The position numbers and the translations under genes were made by a program. A stretch of 64,000 nt of DNA from contig CAVVUS010000011.1 of NCBI GenBank assembly GCA_963751345.1, forward strand, positions 288,001 through 352,000, written 5' to 3'. The stretch comes from an uncultured Chloroflexia bacterium (GTDB lineage: Bacteria; Chloroflexota; Anaerolineae; B4-G1; SLSP01). The notes under the pieces are model-generated. The model searched no databases. It saw nothing but the letters and a program-made list of their open reading frames with translations, and had not been told where the DNA came from. Shown here in pieces: positions 10,438 through 20,948 of the stretch; the stretch's first letter is position 1, and each line of letters begins with the position of its first letter.

Positions 10438-10860
10438 GGTAGCCGTAGTAGGCATCGGGCACGAGCTGCGCGGCGATGATGTTGCCGGCGTTGCCGTAGC
10501 GCGGACCCTGAAAGAAGCCGCAGATGCCGACGAGAGTCTGTTGGTGATCGATGCCGGCCCGGCACCGGAGAACCAGATCGGGCCACTGATCCGGTTCAAG
10601 CCGGATGTCATCGTGTTCGTGGACGCGGCACAGATGGGTGAGGCCCCGGGAACGGTGCGTTGGGTGTCGTGGGAAGATGCGGATGGGATGGGCGCCTCGA
10701 CGCATACGCTGTCGCCCGCGGTCCTGGCCCAGTTCCTGTTGGCGAGTTGGGTTGTGAGGTGCTCTTGCTTGGCATTCAGCCGACAAGCATTGCGCTCGGG
10801 GCCCCGCTCTCCCCGGCGGTCGCCGAGGCCGTGAACAGAAGATCGCGCGTTCTCTCCTGA
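10385..10860 (+). CDS. hycI: Hydrogenase maturation protease (HycI-like); frameshift near 10735, probably sequencing error
   Basis: VGIGHELRGDD, GPAPEN, FVDAA, STHTL; continues in another frame as LLGIQPTSIALGAPLSPAV. Confidence 0.85.
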
Positions 10861-10868
10861 GGGCCGAA

Positions 10869-10890
10869 GAGCCCGAGCTTGCTCGGGCTC
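10869..10890. terminator. Hairpin between convergent hydrogenase and CIS operons
   Basis: GAGCCCGAGC-TT-GCTCGGGCTC perfect inverted repeat; weak U-tracts. Confidence 0.6.
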
Positions 10891-10915
10891 CCTTCGTGAG
10901 ATCAACCTTTTTCCC

Positions 10916-13900
10916 CTACGGATGGAGGATCGTGGCGGCCCGATCAGCCTGATCCTCAGCCCCAAGATGCTCTTTGCAGCATTCACCAGCACCTGGCGTC
11001 CGGTGTCCGTCATCGTCGAAGGCGGGCCGCTGAACCCCCAGAGCAGGTATTGGCTGCTCTTGCTGATGATCGTGTAGTGATTCGCGTTGTCGCTCTGACG
11101 ACCCACTGCCGCCACCCCGGAGACCGATGACGGGTAGTAGACGGCGACGAAGCCGCTGTCGGAGTTGTAAAGCGTGACAAGGCGACTTCCGGGTACGCTG
11201 ATCGCGTTCGGCGTGGTCCAGAGGTCGTTGCTGGGATCCACCGCGTAGACTTGGCGTGCGCCGGACCCCACCCAGCTCTGCCCCCAGCCGATGTCGGTCA
11301 CACCGATCTTGTCGAAGAACGACGCCCCTCCCGCACCGAGACCTAGTACGGAGCCATTGGCGTCCTTGATGCGGTTCGCCTGATTCCCCGCGCCATCTCC
11401 CCAGTTGCCCCCGCTTCCCGTATCCGCACCGATGAGTACCAGCCGGTACTTGCTGAAGTCGGTCGACATCACCGCACTCTGGTTGATCACGTCGACCTGG
11501 TAGTCATTGGCTTCCAGCAACGACTTGAACTGATTCGCTGCCGTAGCGTCTCCGGCGTAGATGTAGATCGCGCTTGTCTTGCAGTCCACTGTAAAGCTGG
11601 CCTGATCTGACGTGACGTCGTTAGGGCTGAGCACGTGAAGCTGCTGCCAGTACGTGCCGTCGCCGCCAATGCTCCAGGTAGTGTTGACCGACTGTGTGCC
11701 CGGACTGGCGAAGTCGATCGTTTCCTCGGCCACGTCAGCGCCATCACTTCGCTCCCACTTGTAGGTCACCGTGCCCGACCCAATTACCGTGATCTGCGCG
11801 GAGAAGGTGAAGTCTTTGGAGCAGATGCCGGTATAGGAGGTCGGATCGACGCTGATCTGAATGTTCGTGACCTCGAAGGGCGGCACCGGCGTCGGTGGGA
11901 TGGTCGCGCTGCCCAGACCGGTGACATCGACATTGCAGTCGGCCAATAGACTCTGGGCGACCCAGCCTTCCTCGCCGCTGCTGACCACCTGGACCTTGAC
12001 CCACGTGCCGTCCGGATAACCCACGGAGCTATAGGCGAGAGGCTTCAGTTGGGTCCCCGAGGGTAGCGTGTCGATGGGCGGATCGTAGACGGTGCCCGGT
12101 CCGCTTCGCAGATGAATTTCGCTGCCTCCCGCGAGGCATTGCTGGGCCTGTACGTGGACCTGAACCTGCGCCTGGACCTCGCCGCCCGGCCCCTTGGCAA
12201 CCAGCGTGTAGACCGTGTCAGTTGCCGGGACAGGGACGTCCCGGCTGCCGCTCAGCCCCACCGGGCCGAGGCCGGGCTCGATCGTCACCGTGTCGGCCTT
12301 GTTGGTCTCCCACGCAAGCTGGATCGTTGAAGAACTGCCCTCGACCGCAGTCGTGGGGGTGACGGTGAAGCTGGTCACCTCAGGGGCATCGGGCGCCGGT
12401 GTCGCCACGATCACCTGCTGGGCTTTCTGGATGGTACGCCCCTGGTTGGAGGCGATCAAGGTATACGTCTGCGTCTGCTGTGGCGTGTCTTTGCGCTCGC
12501 CGCTGGCATCGACCGTCCCAAAAGGTTGCAGCGTGACGCTGTCGGCATTGGTCACACTCCATCGAATCGTGACCTCCTGGCCGAGCGTGACGTCCGTAGG
12601 GAAGACCGACCACTCCACGATGACCGGATCTGTGACGACGTTGACGACCTGGATGTTGAGCGTCTCCTTCGTGGATCGGAGCATATTCGAGGCCACGATG
12701 GTGACGGTCGTATTCTCCGGGAAGCCATCCGGGAAGGTATACTCACCCACGGAGGGATCCACCTGGACCCCGAATGGGCGGAGCTCGATGTTTCGGGCGT
12801 TGGTGACTTGCCATCGCACGGTGACAGGCTGTCCGGCCTCGGCGTTCTGCGGAACGACCTCGGCCAAAGTGATGACGGGCGGACGCGTGAGAAGCAGCGC
12901 TAGAGCCGCGCAGGCAACCAACAACAATGCCATGGCGACGGTCATCACCCACGTCGGGATGATGGCGTTGCTTACCATCTCGCCGCCGTGCTGCTGGGCG
13001 TCGCCCTGGGAGGGCGCCACCTGCACGGCGAAGGAGTGCGTCTTCGCGCCGCCGATCAGGCGTCGTTTGACCGGACGCGCGACGAGATCCGCCGACCCTG
13101 TCTGGCCCTGCGGCACGCGGATTTGGGCCTGTGGCGGCTCGAACGCCAGTTCGTTAGCGCGGTCAGACCCCGTGATCGAATAGGTGTCGGGGAAGTTACT
13201 GTCGTTCTGTACCGTGACCCGGGTGGGTGAGCCCACCTTGACCTTCTGAGGCTGCATGGAGCTGCTAAACTGCTGGAAGGGCGCCACCGTGAGCGCGGCA
13301 TTGACCTCCACGTACTGGGATGGCATGTCGCGGCTGAACACGCGGATGCTCATGCCGTAACGGCCCGCCTGGCTCGCGGGCGTCCGCGGTGGGTGGAGGG
13401 TCAGCGTCACGGTCTGCTGTTGGCCGGGCATCAACTGGACGACCGGCGGCAGGTCCACCCAGTCGGCCGGAATGCCCTCCACGACCACGCGGAAGTGGTC
13501 GACGATGGATCCCTGGTTGAGGAGGACCAGCGTGCCAACGGCCCGCTGGCCGGGGGTCACGGCGAGTTGGGTCTCCTCCATCACCACACCCACACGCCCC
13601 TCGCCGGTGCTCGTCCTGAGCAGACCCGGGCTGACGCCTGCGGTCCCTCGCCCGCCGGGGGAGAGAGGGGAAGCCCCCACCGAGGCGCCACCCAGCCGGC
13701 CCGTCGCGGCACGCGCAGTGCCGGCGACGAGGCGGAGCCAGGCATCGCCCACGCGGAGCGGTTGGTCCGGCGTCCACGTCTCAGCCACACCGGGCAACAG
13801 CTTGGCAGTGCCAATGTAGGTGCCGTTGGTGCTGTCGAGATCGGTGACGCGGTAGGTAGTGCCGTCGTTTTCTATCCTGGCATGATGTCGCGATACATTC

Positions 13901-15087
13901 GGCGTGTCGAGGACGATATCGTTGCCTTCCGTCCGCCCAACGGTCATGCTCTGGCTCTTGACCTGTACTTCAAGCGTCCTACCATCGCGCAGACGTGCCT
14001 GGATGGTGTCGCCGTTGCCTTTGGGCGCGCTGAAATCCTGGAGTACTGAAGCGCCTCGCGGCTCGGCCTGACTCTGCTGATACTGGGTCATCAGGCTCAC
14101 GCCCTCATCGAGTACGGCGGGTATCCCTCCAGGTCTTGCTGGAGGCGCGCCTACATCCGGGCCTGGTTCATCCGCGAGCGCTGTTTTCTCAGATGCGACG
14201 GCTGTCGGCTCCGGCTCGCCGGCAGAGGCGCCGGAGAGCTTTCCCAGGGCAGCGGCCAGCGCGCCGGCATTCTCCCAGCGGTCCGCGGGACGTTTCGCGA
14301 TTGCCTTCAGGATGATCGCTTCCAGCGATTTCGGCAGGTCGGCGCGGAACGTCGACGGCGCCGGCGGCGTTTCCTTGGTGTGATAGCGGATGGCCTCCGA
14401 GATCGTGCTGATCTCAAAGGGAGGGCGCCCAACGCACAGCTCGTAGAGCATCACGCCCAATGAGTAGACATCGCTCCGGGGGTCGGCTTCCTCGCCCAGC
14501 GCTTGTTCCGGCGACATATAGGTGGGGGTCCCCATCGACGTGCCCGCCTGTGTGATGTGTTGGCTGGCCATCAGACGGGCCAGACCAAGGTCCGTGAGCA
14601 CCGGACGATAGGGCAGCCCTGGAGATGCCTCCGGCTCGATCATGATGTTGCTGGGCTTGATGTCTCGGTGCAGCACGCCCTGGCGATGAGCGTAGTCCAT
14701 GGCCTCGGACGTCTGACGGATGATGCCGATGGCTTCCTTGAGGGGAATCCACTGACCCTTGGCCTTCAGTCCGTCCAACATCGTCCGCAGATTGGCGCCG
14801 CGTATGAACTCCATGACGATGAAGAGCAGCGAGCGCTCCTGGCCGAAGTCGTAGACCTGGACGATGCCGGGGTGATCCAGGCGAGCCGCGGTCCGTGCCT
14901 CTTGCAGGAAGCGCTCGCGGAAATCCGGCTGGTTCGACAGGTGAGGGTGCATGATCTTGATCGCGACGTCGCGTTGAAGCGTGACGTCGCGAGCCTCAAA
15001 TACGGCGCCCATGCCGCCTTCACCCAGGAGTTTCGTGAGTTGATATCGGCTTAGCGATTCGCCAACCAGTCTCTCCATTGAGAGCAT
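10916..15087 (-). CDS. Membrane-spanning Hanks-type Ser/Thr kinase: kinase - FHA - two cytoplasmic Ig-like domains - TM - three Ig-like repeats - SH3b - Ig-like - GATase-like C-terminal domain
   Basis: GEGGMGAV, VAIK, HRDIKPSN, DLGLAR, GTPTYMSPEQ; FHA GR..SRHH..STNGT; TM WVMTVAMALLLVACAALALLL near 12890-12950; SH3b LRSGPG..W..GWV. True stop inferred at TAG 10916-10918 after a frameshift near 10935. Confidence 0.9.
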
Positions 15088-15146
15088 CTCCTTCCCAGCG
15101 TTCCGACGTTCAAACGTTCTGACAGGATCAACGTTATTGTCTACGC

Positions 15147-16120
15147 TTATGGCCTGAACTCAAGTGTGTACATGGTATGCGTCGGTTTGTGGGCGTCAAT
15201 CAGGTGCTCGATAAGATCACGGCCCAGTTGTGCGGCCTGGACGGGCAGCGTTATGCTGAACGTATAGGGCTCCAGCGCATCGTCGTCATCAATGATCTCC
15301 GGCCGGTGGCCGGTATAGATCTCCAGGACTCGGCTGAGTGCCCACCGCGTGCCCCTGCGGGCGTAGATCAGGTGGGCCTCGCGGAGAAGCTGCCGCTGTT
15401 GGGCCTCGGTCCACGAGGGATCGAAGGTAATGTCAAACCATTCTGCTAGCCACGTCAAGAAGTCGGCAGGCGCGGTCCCCGGATCGAGGAAAAGGTCGAA
15501 GTTGTCGATGTTCCACTCAATGGGCGTCAGTATGGTCTCGAAGATGCCCAGGAAGCGGCTCATGAACTCGGTGTGGTAGATGCTGGGGAGATAGCTTAGC
15601 AGTCTCCGGCTCCGGATCTCCAACCCCGGCGGCAAATCCTCTTCCCCTCCCCGGCTCGCCCCCGGAGGGGACGGCGGCTCAGCCCTGCCCTGCCCCTCTC
15701 GCCGGTAAGTGGAGGGGGCTCGGACCTGCTCTGGCCTTCCTCCGGCGAGGGAAGGGGAGGGGGGGCGGGCATGGCATCTTCCCTGGCCACCATCTCCTTC
15801 GCTTCGTCGCTCACCTCGACGACCACCTTCATGGTCGACGCCCCGATCTTGATCTCCGCGCCCGGAGGCACCGGCATCGGCACATTCGGCGTCAGCCGAA
15901 TGCCTTCGAGATATGTGCCGTTGGAGCTCTCCAGGTCTGTGAGGGCGCACGCCCCATCGCGGCATTCGATCAGTGCGTGCTGTCGCGAGACCCTCTGGTC
16001 GTCGACCACCACGTCATTGCCCGCCTGGCGGCCGATGGTGGTCACGTCCGTCAACGGCATCTCGCGTCGATTCCCCTCGGCATCGACGATCTCAAGGCGA
16101 GGGACCGGATTCGCTGCCAT
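15147..16120 (-). CDS. FHA domain fused to phage baseplate wedge/tail protein (P2 gpI / TIGR02242-like); frameshift near 15700
   Basis: FHA IGRQAGND..VSRQHA..SSNGT from ATG 16120; wedge domain LLSYLPSIY..FLGIFE..DPGTAPADFLTWLAEW..YARRGT..HKPTHT; the linker repeat EEGQSRSEPP / EEGQGRAEPP is restored by one added base. Confidence 0.82.
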
Positions 16121-18117
16121 CAGACGAACTCTATCTCGTGGGCGCCTGAAACGGTGACGCCGTGGGCGATGACCTCCAGCGATTCGACGGCCTCGCCTTG
16201 AGCCGCCCCTCCCGGCCGCGCCGCGTACATCTGAACGCTGCGGATGAACTGCACGTTGGGCATGCCCTGGAGGCATTGATAGACGTCCGAGACGTAGAGG
16301 TCCCTGCCGAAAGGCCATCCTTTCCCATCGGGTCCCCCGGTCAGCGGGTTGAGGAAGCGGTAGAGCCGCTGCAATACGTCGGCCTCCACCTCTGCCTGGG
16401 GGACGCCCGGCGATGCCCGCAACTGCACCCGGCAGGCAACCCAGTAGTAGGCGGGCGGGCGGATGTCGAGGCGCGTGGTCAGCAGGCGGCGTTCATCGAG
16501 GTAGGTCTTGAGTGCGCTCACGTCGTCCTGGTCGAGCTCCAGCTGCTCCGGAGCCAGGTACCCTTCGGGGTGCGCTACCCTCGGGATCACCAGAACATAG
16601 ACCTGGCCGGGCGCGACCCGACCTGCCTCGGAAGGCTTCGGCTGGAGGCACTTGACCCTGCCGATGGACGCCGGGAGCGCCTGCGTGGCCAGATATTCGA
16701 AATCCGACTCGGTGACCGCTCGTTCGCGGGATCGCAGGAGGGCAGGAACTCGCATCATCGCGGACTCCAGTGACTCGGCGTCCATCCCGCCCCACGCCGG
16801 CTCGCGGTTGCTCACCCGGGCGACGTAGGGGATGGCCGTCTTGAGGGTGTTAAGCACCCCGGGCTGGACGTTGCCCTCCTGCCCACCCCCATAGCGGTAC
16901 TGCTGAAAGACCAGATTGGCATAGCGGGGTGGGATCGCTCCGTAGAGCTTGATGGTGCCATCAGGTTGGCGCACCGCCGGGCCCAGCCTCAGCTCCCCGT
17001 GGATGCCATCCAACGTGTAGTGCCTGGCGCTGCTGTCCGAGTCCGCGAAGTCGGGCACCTCGGTCCACACCTCGGGTGGGCGTCCCTCGACCTGGACGGC
17101 AAGCTCCTCGCCGGGTCGGCGCTCCAGAATGGGTGTCAACTGCAGTTGGAGTCTCTGGCCCGGCGTGCCGTCGCTCTGCCCGAGGAACTCGTTGGTGACC
17201 ACCTGGGCGTGGGTCGCGGGCACCGTGCCCCCCCACGTGGCCACCGCCGCCTTGCGCAGCATTGGCGTGTTCTCGAAAGGCTGCATGCCCTGCTGGCGCT
17301 CGGTGGTCGTGATATCCTTGATGCGCACGCGCACCCAGTACTGATCGCCCTGCCGGAAGTCGTATTTTCCCATCGCCGGCAGATGGATCCGCACTCGCCC
17401 CGCGGTGTTCATGCTTCGCGTCGTGTCGATCTCGACGTCACACTGCTTCCAGTGGGTGTTGCGGTCTCCCGTCGAGGCCTCCCAGACGTAAGGGGGAAGC
17501 GTGGGATCGACCCCGGCCCCGCCCGCCGGGTCGAAGTCGAACTCGAATCCCAGGATGTGATAGCTGAGATCGTTCTCGAAGCCGAAGTAGAGTGCGTCAT
17601 CGACCCGCGGAACGGCGGAGAAGACTGCGAAACCGCCAAAGCCCGTCTCCAGGCGGCGCAGATTCTGCTCGCGGTAGGTCGGCTCGTCGCCGGAGATGGT
17701 TCGCGCCAGGACCGTCGCCAACTGGGGTGGCTGGACCAGCATGTCCCTATCGGTCGTGAAGACGATAGAGGTCTCGCGCTCGGTCTGGGTGCTGGCGACC
17801 TCGGTTCCGGCGGGGATGACGACGGCCATATCCTGCGGCTGGGAGAGCCAGAAGGTCACCGGTGCCTTGGCCGGAATGGGCTCCCGGAGCGTCACCCCCA
17901 GCATCTCCATGAACTCGATCTTGTGCAGATCGGGTACCTGGTTGAGGCGGTAGAGCAGGATGTCCGTCATCCACGCGAAGAGCTCGATCAGGGTGATGCC
18001 CGGATCGCTGACGTTGTGGTCGGTCCACTCCTTGCTGAAGTGCGGAATCCGCTTCTTTGCCTCGTCGACCAGGTCCTGAAACTGCCGGTCGTCCAACTTC
18101 GGTCTAGGTAGTGCCAT
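16120..18117 (-). CDS. CIS baseplate assembly protein (baseplate J / gp6-like, TIGR02243-like)
   Basis: LPRPKLDDRQFQDLVDEA, WTDHNVSDPGITLIELFAW, YRYGGG..GNV, RERAVTESDFE, GWPFGRDL. Confidence 0.93.
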   Translation of the reverse strand: MALPRPKLDDRQFQDLVDEAKKRIPHFSKEWTDHNVSDPGITLIELFAWMTDILLYRLNQVPDLHKIEFMEMLGVTLREPIPAKAPVTFWLSQPQDMAVVIPAGTEVASTQTERETSIVFTTDRDMLVQPPQLATVLARTISGDEPTYREQNLRRLETGFGGFAVFSAVPRVDDALYFGFENDLSYHILGFEFDFDPAGGAGVDPTLPPYVWEASTGDRNTHWKQCDVEIDTTRSMNTAGRVRIHLPAMGKYDFRQGDQYWVRVRIKDITTTERQQGMQPFENTPMLRKAAVATWGGTVPATHAQVVTNEFLGQSDGTPGQRLQLQLTPILERRPGEELAVQVEGRPPEVWTEVPDFADSDSSARHYTLDGIHGELRLGPAVRQPDGTIKLYGAIPPRYANLVFQQYRYGGGQEGNVQPGVLNTLKTAIPYVARVSNREPAWGGMDAESLESAMMRVPALLRSRERAVTESDFEYLATQALPASIGRVKCLQPKPSEAGRVAPGQVYVLVIPRVAHPEGYLAPEQLELDQDDVSALKTYLDERRLLTTRLDIRPPAYYWVACRVQLRASPGVPQAEVEADVLQRLYRFLNPLTGGPDGKGWPFGRDLYVSDVYQCLQGMPNVQFIRSVQMYAARPGGAAQGEAVESLEVIAHGVTVSGAHEIEFV

Positions 18118-18136
18118 GGGTGCCTTCTTTCGTCTA

Positions 18137-18214
18137 TGACGATTGACGGGTGACGATTGACCGGATCGACGCGAAACTTCCGGATCTGGATCACTCGTCA
18201 CTCGTTAATCGTCA
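18137..18214. repeat. Imperfect 24-bp inverted repeat built from heptamer units
   Basis: TGACGATTGACGGGTGACGATTGA (18137-18160) pairs with TCACTCGTCACTCGTTAATCGTCA (18191-18214) at 21 of 24 positions. Confidence 0.75.
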
Positions 18215-18232
18215 CGTGTTTCTCGTCATCCC

Positions 18233-18628
18233 TTATTCCTCGGGTATCAAGTAGAACGGATAGACCAGGCTCCGTTGATCGTGCGTCGCCTTGATCTCAT
18301 ATCGAATGCCGATGACCAGGGTGTTGTCCGCCTCGGCGTCCTGCTGCACGTCCACCTGGATCACGCGGATGCGCGGCTCCCACATTCCCAGCGCTTCCTC
18401 CACGTAGCGCCGCGCCCGCGCCGCCGTGTGGCTGTTGTTGGGGGCGAAGACCAACTCGTGCAGCCGGCATCCGAAGGTCGGCCGCATCACGCGCTCGCCC
18501 GGCGAAGTCGACAGGATGATGTAGATGGCCTGATCGATCTCGCTGCGCTCGTGCGTCAGCGCGATCCCGCCCTGCGCGCCGATCTGCGGTGGGAAGACCC
18601 ACCCACGACCTACGATGTCATCCGGCAT
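18233..18628 (-). CDS. gp25/GPW-like baseplate protein
   Basis: GRGWVFP, ILSTSPGERVMRPTFGC, WEPRI, LVYPFYL. Confidence 0.95.
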   Translation of the reverse strand: MPDDIVGRGWVFPPQIGAQGGIALTHERSEIDQAIYIILSTSPGERVMRPTFGCRLHELVFAPNNSHTAARARRYVEEALGMWEPRIRVIQVDVQQDAEADNTLVIGIRYEIKATHDQRSLVYPFYLIPEE

Positions 18629-18631
18629 AGG

Positions 18632-19033
18632 CTATCCCCCAATCATGACCGTACCCGCCGCGACAATCTGGGCGGCCATGTTCGGCACAGGATCGGCGCA
18701 CGTCTGCGCCTGATCGCCGGCCCTTGCCGCAGGCTTGCCGTTGATCATCACCGTGGCGCTGCCCCGCATGATCGTGCCCCGGTTCAGAGGTGGGATCTGG
18801 AACACCGTGCCGGGCGGGGTGGGCAGGTGCGGCGGCGTGTTCGTCGCCGTGCTTCCGACCGTGGCGGCGGGCATCCCCGCGATCTTCACGGTCGGGCTCA
18901 GGTTCCCGTCGATGATGCCCGCGAAGGGATGGGGCAGGGGCGTCGGCACCGGCCCGCCCGGAGACGGCACCATCACGATGTGCATATCCACCGCCGTGAT
19001 CTGATCTCCCTGCTTTGCTGCTGGCTGTCCCAT
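18632..19033 (-). CDS. PAAR spike-tip protein, no C-terminal extension
   Basis: PAAK, PAAT and PAAR repeats; GSATVMING. Confidence 0.93.
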   Translation of the reverse strand: MGQPAAKQGDQITAVDMHIVMVPSPGGPVPTPLPHPFAGIIDGNLSPTVKIAGMPAATVGSTATNTPPHLPTPPGTVFQIPPLNRGTIMRGSATVMINGKPAARAGDQAQTCADPVPNMAAQIVAAGTVMIGG

Positions 19034-19119
19034 CGTCCGTACTCCTTACTCCGACTCCTGCCGAAGACGTGTCACCGGCACATCTCTATCGCTGAAAGCT
19101 GTCAGCTATCAGCTAATAG

Positions 19120-20805
19120 CTAATTCAAATTGATCATTGCGCCCTTGATATTCATCTGTCCGCCCGCCTGAAGGTCCATATTCGCGCCGGACTCGATCTT
19201 CAAGCTGCCGTTGGCCTTGACCGACACCTCGCTGCCCTCGAGCGTGACCTTGCCGCCGCTGTCGGCCAGTGTGAAGACGATGCCACCGCTGGTCGTGATC
19301 TTCACCTCGCGGTTGGCGTCATCCAGGATGAGTTGGTGGCCGCCCTGCGTGACGATCTCGATCTTGTTGTCGGCGTTGTCGTAGACGGTGATGTGGTGCC
19401 CGGACCGCGACCGCCAAGTGCGCACCTGCGGTCGCTCCCCACCGCTCGACGGCACCTCGGGGGGCGGGGCGTCCTGTCCGTTCCAGAGCCCCCCGAGGAC
19501 GAAGGGCCTGCGAAAATCCCCGTGGTCGAAGATGACCAGTACCTCGTCGTCGACCTCCGGCATCACGTAGAGGCCGGCCTCGGGGCCCGCCCCAATGCCC
19601 ACCACGCGCGCCCAGTCGCTCTCAGCATCCTGTGTCATCCATGGGAACTTGACCTTGACCCGCCCACGGTGGTCGGGATCCTCGGTGTTCGTCACTATCC
19701 CGATGGCGGCACCGGGATAGCGCTCCTCGACGCTCCGCACGCCCAGGTCCTCGATCAACTGCCCGGTGCGCGCTCCTCTGACGGTGAAAGTCGTCTTGAG
19801 TCCCTCGGCCGTGTAGCTGTGGCGGGCGCTTGTGACCAGATAGGTGCCGCTGAAGCGGTCGCCCAATGCCTCGAGTGTGATCGTCTTGCCCGCCCGGATA
19901 TCCGGGCGGCGAAGCGCGAGGCCCTCCGCCTGGACGAAGGCGCCGCTGAGCTCGTTGAGCCGCGCCTTGGCGAGGGTGTCCGCCTCGGCCTGGCTGGCGA
20001 CGTTCTGCCCCAGCACGATACGCTTCCCGCTGCCGAAGGATTGGGCCCAGGAGGCGCCGTCTTGCGACTCCTCGATGTCAGGATAGAGCGCCCCACGCTG
20101 CGCGCGGCCGACGATCGGGTCTTTCCGCTCAACCGACCACCCGCGCACGACCACCTCATCCACCTGCTCGGCAAGGTTCATCCACGGGTGGAAGGATAGC
20201 AGGTCCTCCCCCCAGCTGAGGGGGCTTCCCCCTCCCGAGGCAGAAGAGGGCTTCTTGAAGATCAGCTTACCGTCGTCGACGTAGCACTCGTACCCGATCC
20301 GCCAGGCGCGCTCCTGGAGAAAGGCGAGGTCGGACTGGTTGTGCTGAAATATATGGTCATAGACCGTCGGCGTTGGATCGACCTCGGCCTGCAGCCCGGC
20401 GGCCCCGGCGATCTCGCCGGCCAGGTCGCTGTCCTTCTTGTTGAGGTGTGCCCGGCTCTTCTGCTCCCGATACAGGCGGTGTGATTTGTCGTAGCCGCGC
20501 GCCACCAGCCGTGCGATCATGCCCTCCTGAAACGCGGGCTCCAGCGCCGTGATCTCACCCTTGATGAGGATGACCCACTCGCCACCGGCCGTCTGCGCCG
20601 AGATCTCGACCTCCTTGGTCAGGTCAAAGAGTCCTTCGTCGATCAACTCGAAGTCGGGGTCTTGGAGCAGCACCGAGAAGGTGCCGGGCAGGTGGACGTG
20701 CTGGTCGACGTCGACGGAGAGGACGTGCCCCATGGTGTCGGGCTCGACCTCCGTCCCGTTGACCTTGATCTTGATCTGACTGGCCAGTGCAGACGGTTCA
20801 GGCAT
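19120..20805 (-). CDS. VgrG-like spike (gp27-gp5 fusion)
   Basis: QHNQSDLAFLQERAWRIG, DPDHRGRVKVKFPW, PEVDDEVLVIFDHGD..PFVLGGLWNG, short beta-helix C-terminus. Confidence 0.93.
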   Translation of the reverse strand: MPEPSALASQIKIKVNGTEVEPDTMGHVLSVDVDQHVHLPGTFSVLLQDPDFELIDEGLFDLTKEVEISAQTAGGEWVILIKGEITALEPAFQEGMIARLVARGYDKSHRLYREQKSRAHLNKKDSDLAGEIAGAAGLQAEVDPTPTVYDHIFQHNQSDLAFLQERAWRIGYECYVDDGKLIFKKPSSASGGGSPLSWGEDLLSFHPWMNLAEQVDEVVVRGWSVERKDPIVGRAQRGALYPDIEESQDGASWAQSFGSGKRIVLGQNVASQAEADTLAKARLNELSGAFVQAEGLALRRPDIRAGKTITLEALGDRFSGTYLVTSARHSYTAEGLKTTFTVRGARTGQLIEDLGVRSVEERYPGAAIGIVTNTEDPDHRGRVKVKFPWMTQDAESDWARVVGIGAGPEAGLYVMPEVDDEVLVIFDHGDFRRPFVLGGLWNGQDAPPPEVPSSGGERPQVRTWRSRSGHHITVYDNADNKIEIVTQGGHQLILDDANREVKITTSGGIVFTLADSGGKVTLEGSEVSVKANGSLKIESGANMDLQAGGQMNIKGAMINLN

Positions 20806-20948
20806 TACGACAAGACCTCCGGAGACGTGTTTCCGAGGACGGGCCACCATCCATCCTCTCCGACAGCTGGTCCCACGATGATGCGCCATCGGGGGTGGCC
20901 CACCGACCTGCCTCTACGACGACGTGGCGTCAGCATCGTGTCACGACC

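Noticed and set aside
10120-10915. C-terminal 265 aa of the 1655-aa kinase ORF
   Set aside because: Runs antisense through the hairpin, hycI and the Fe-S subunit gene; a one-base shift near 10935 gives a stop at 10916, so this is read-through artefact
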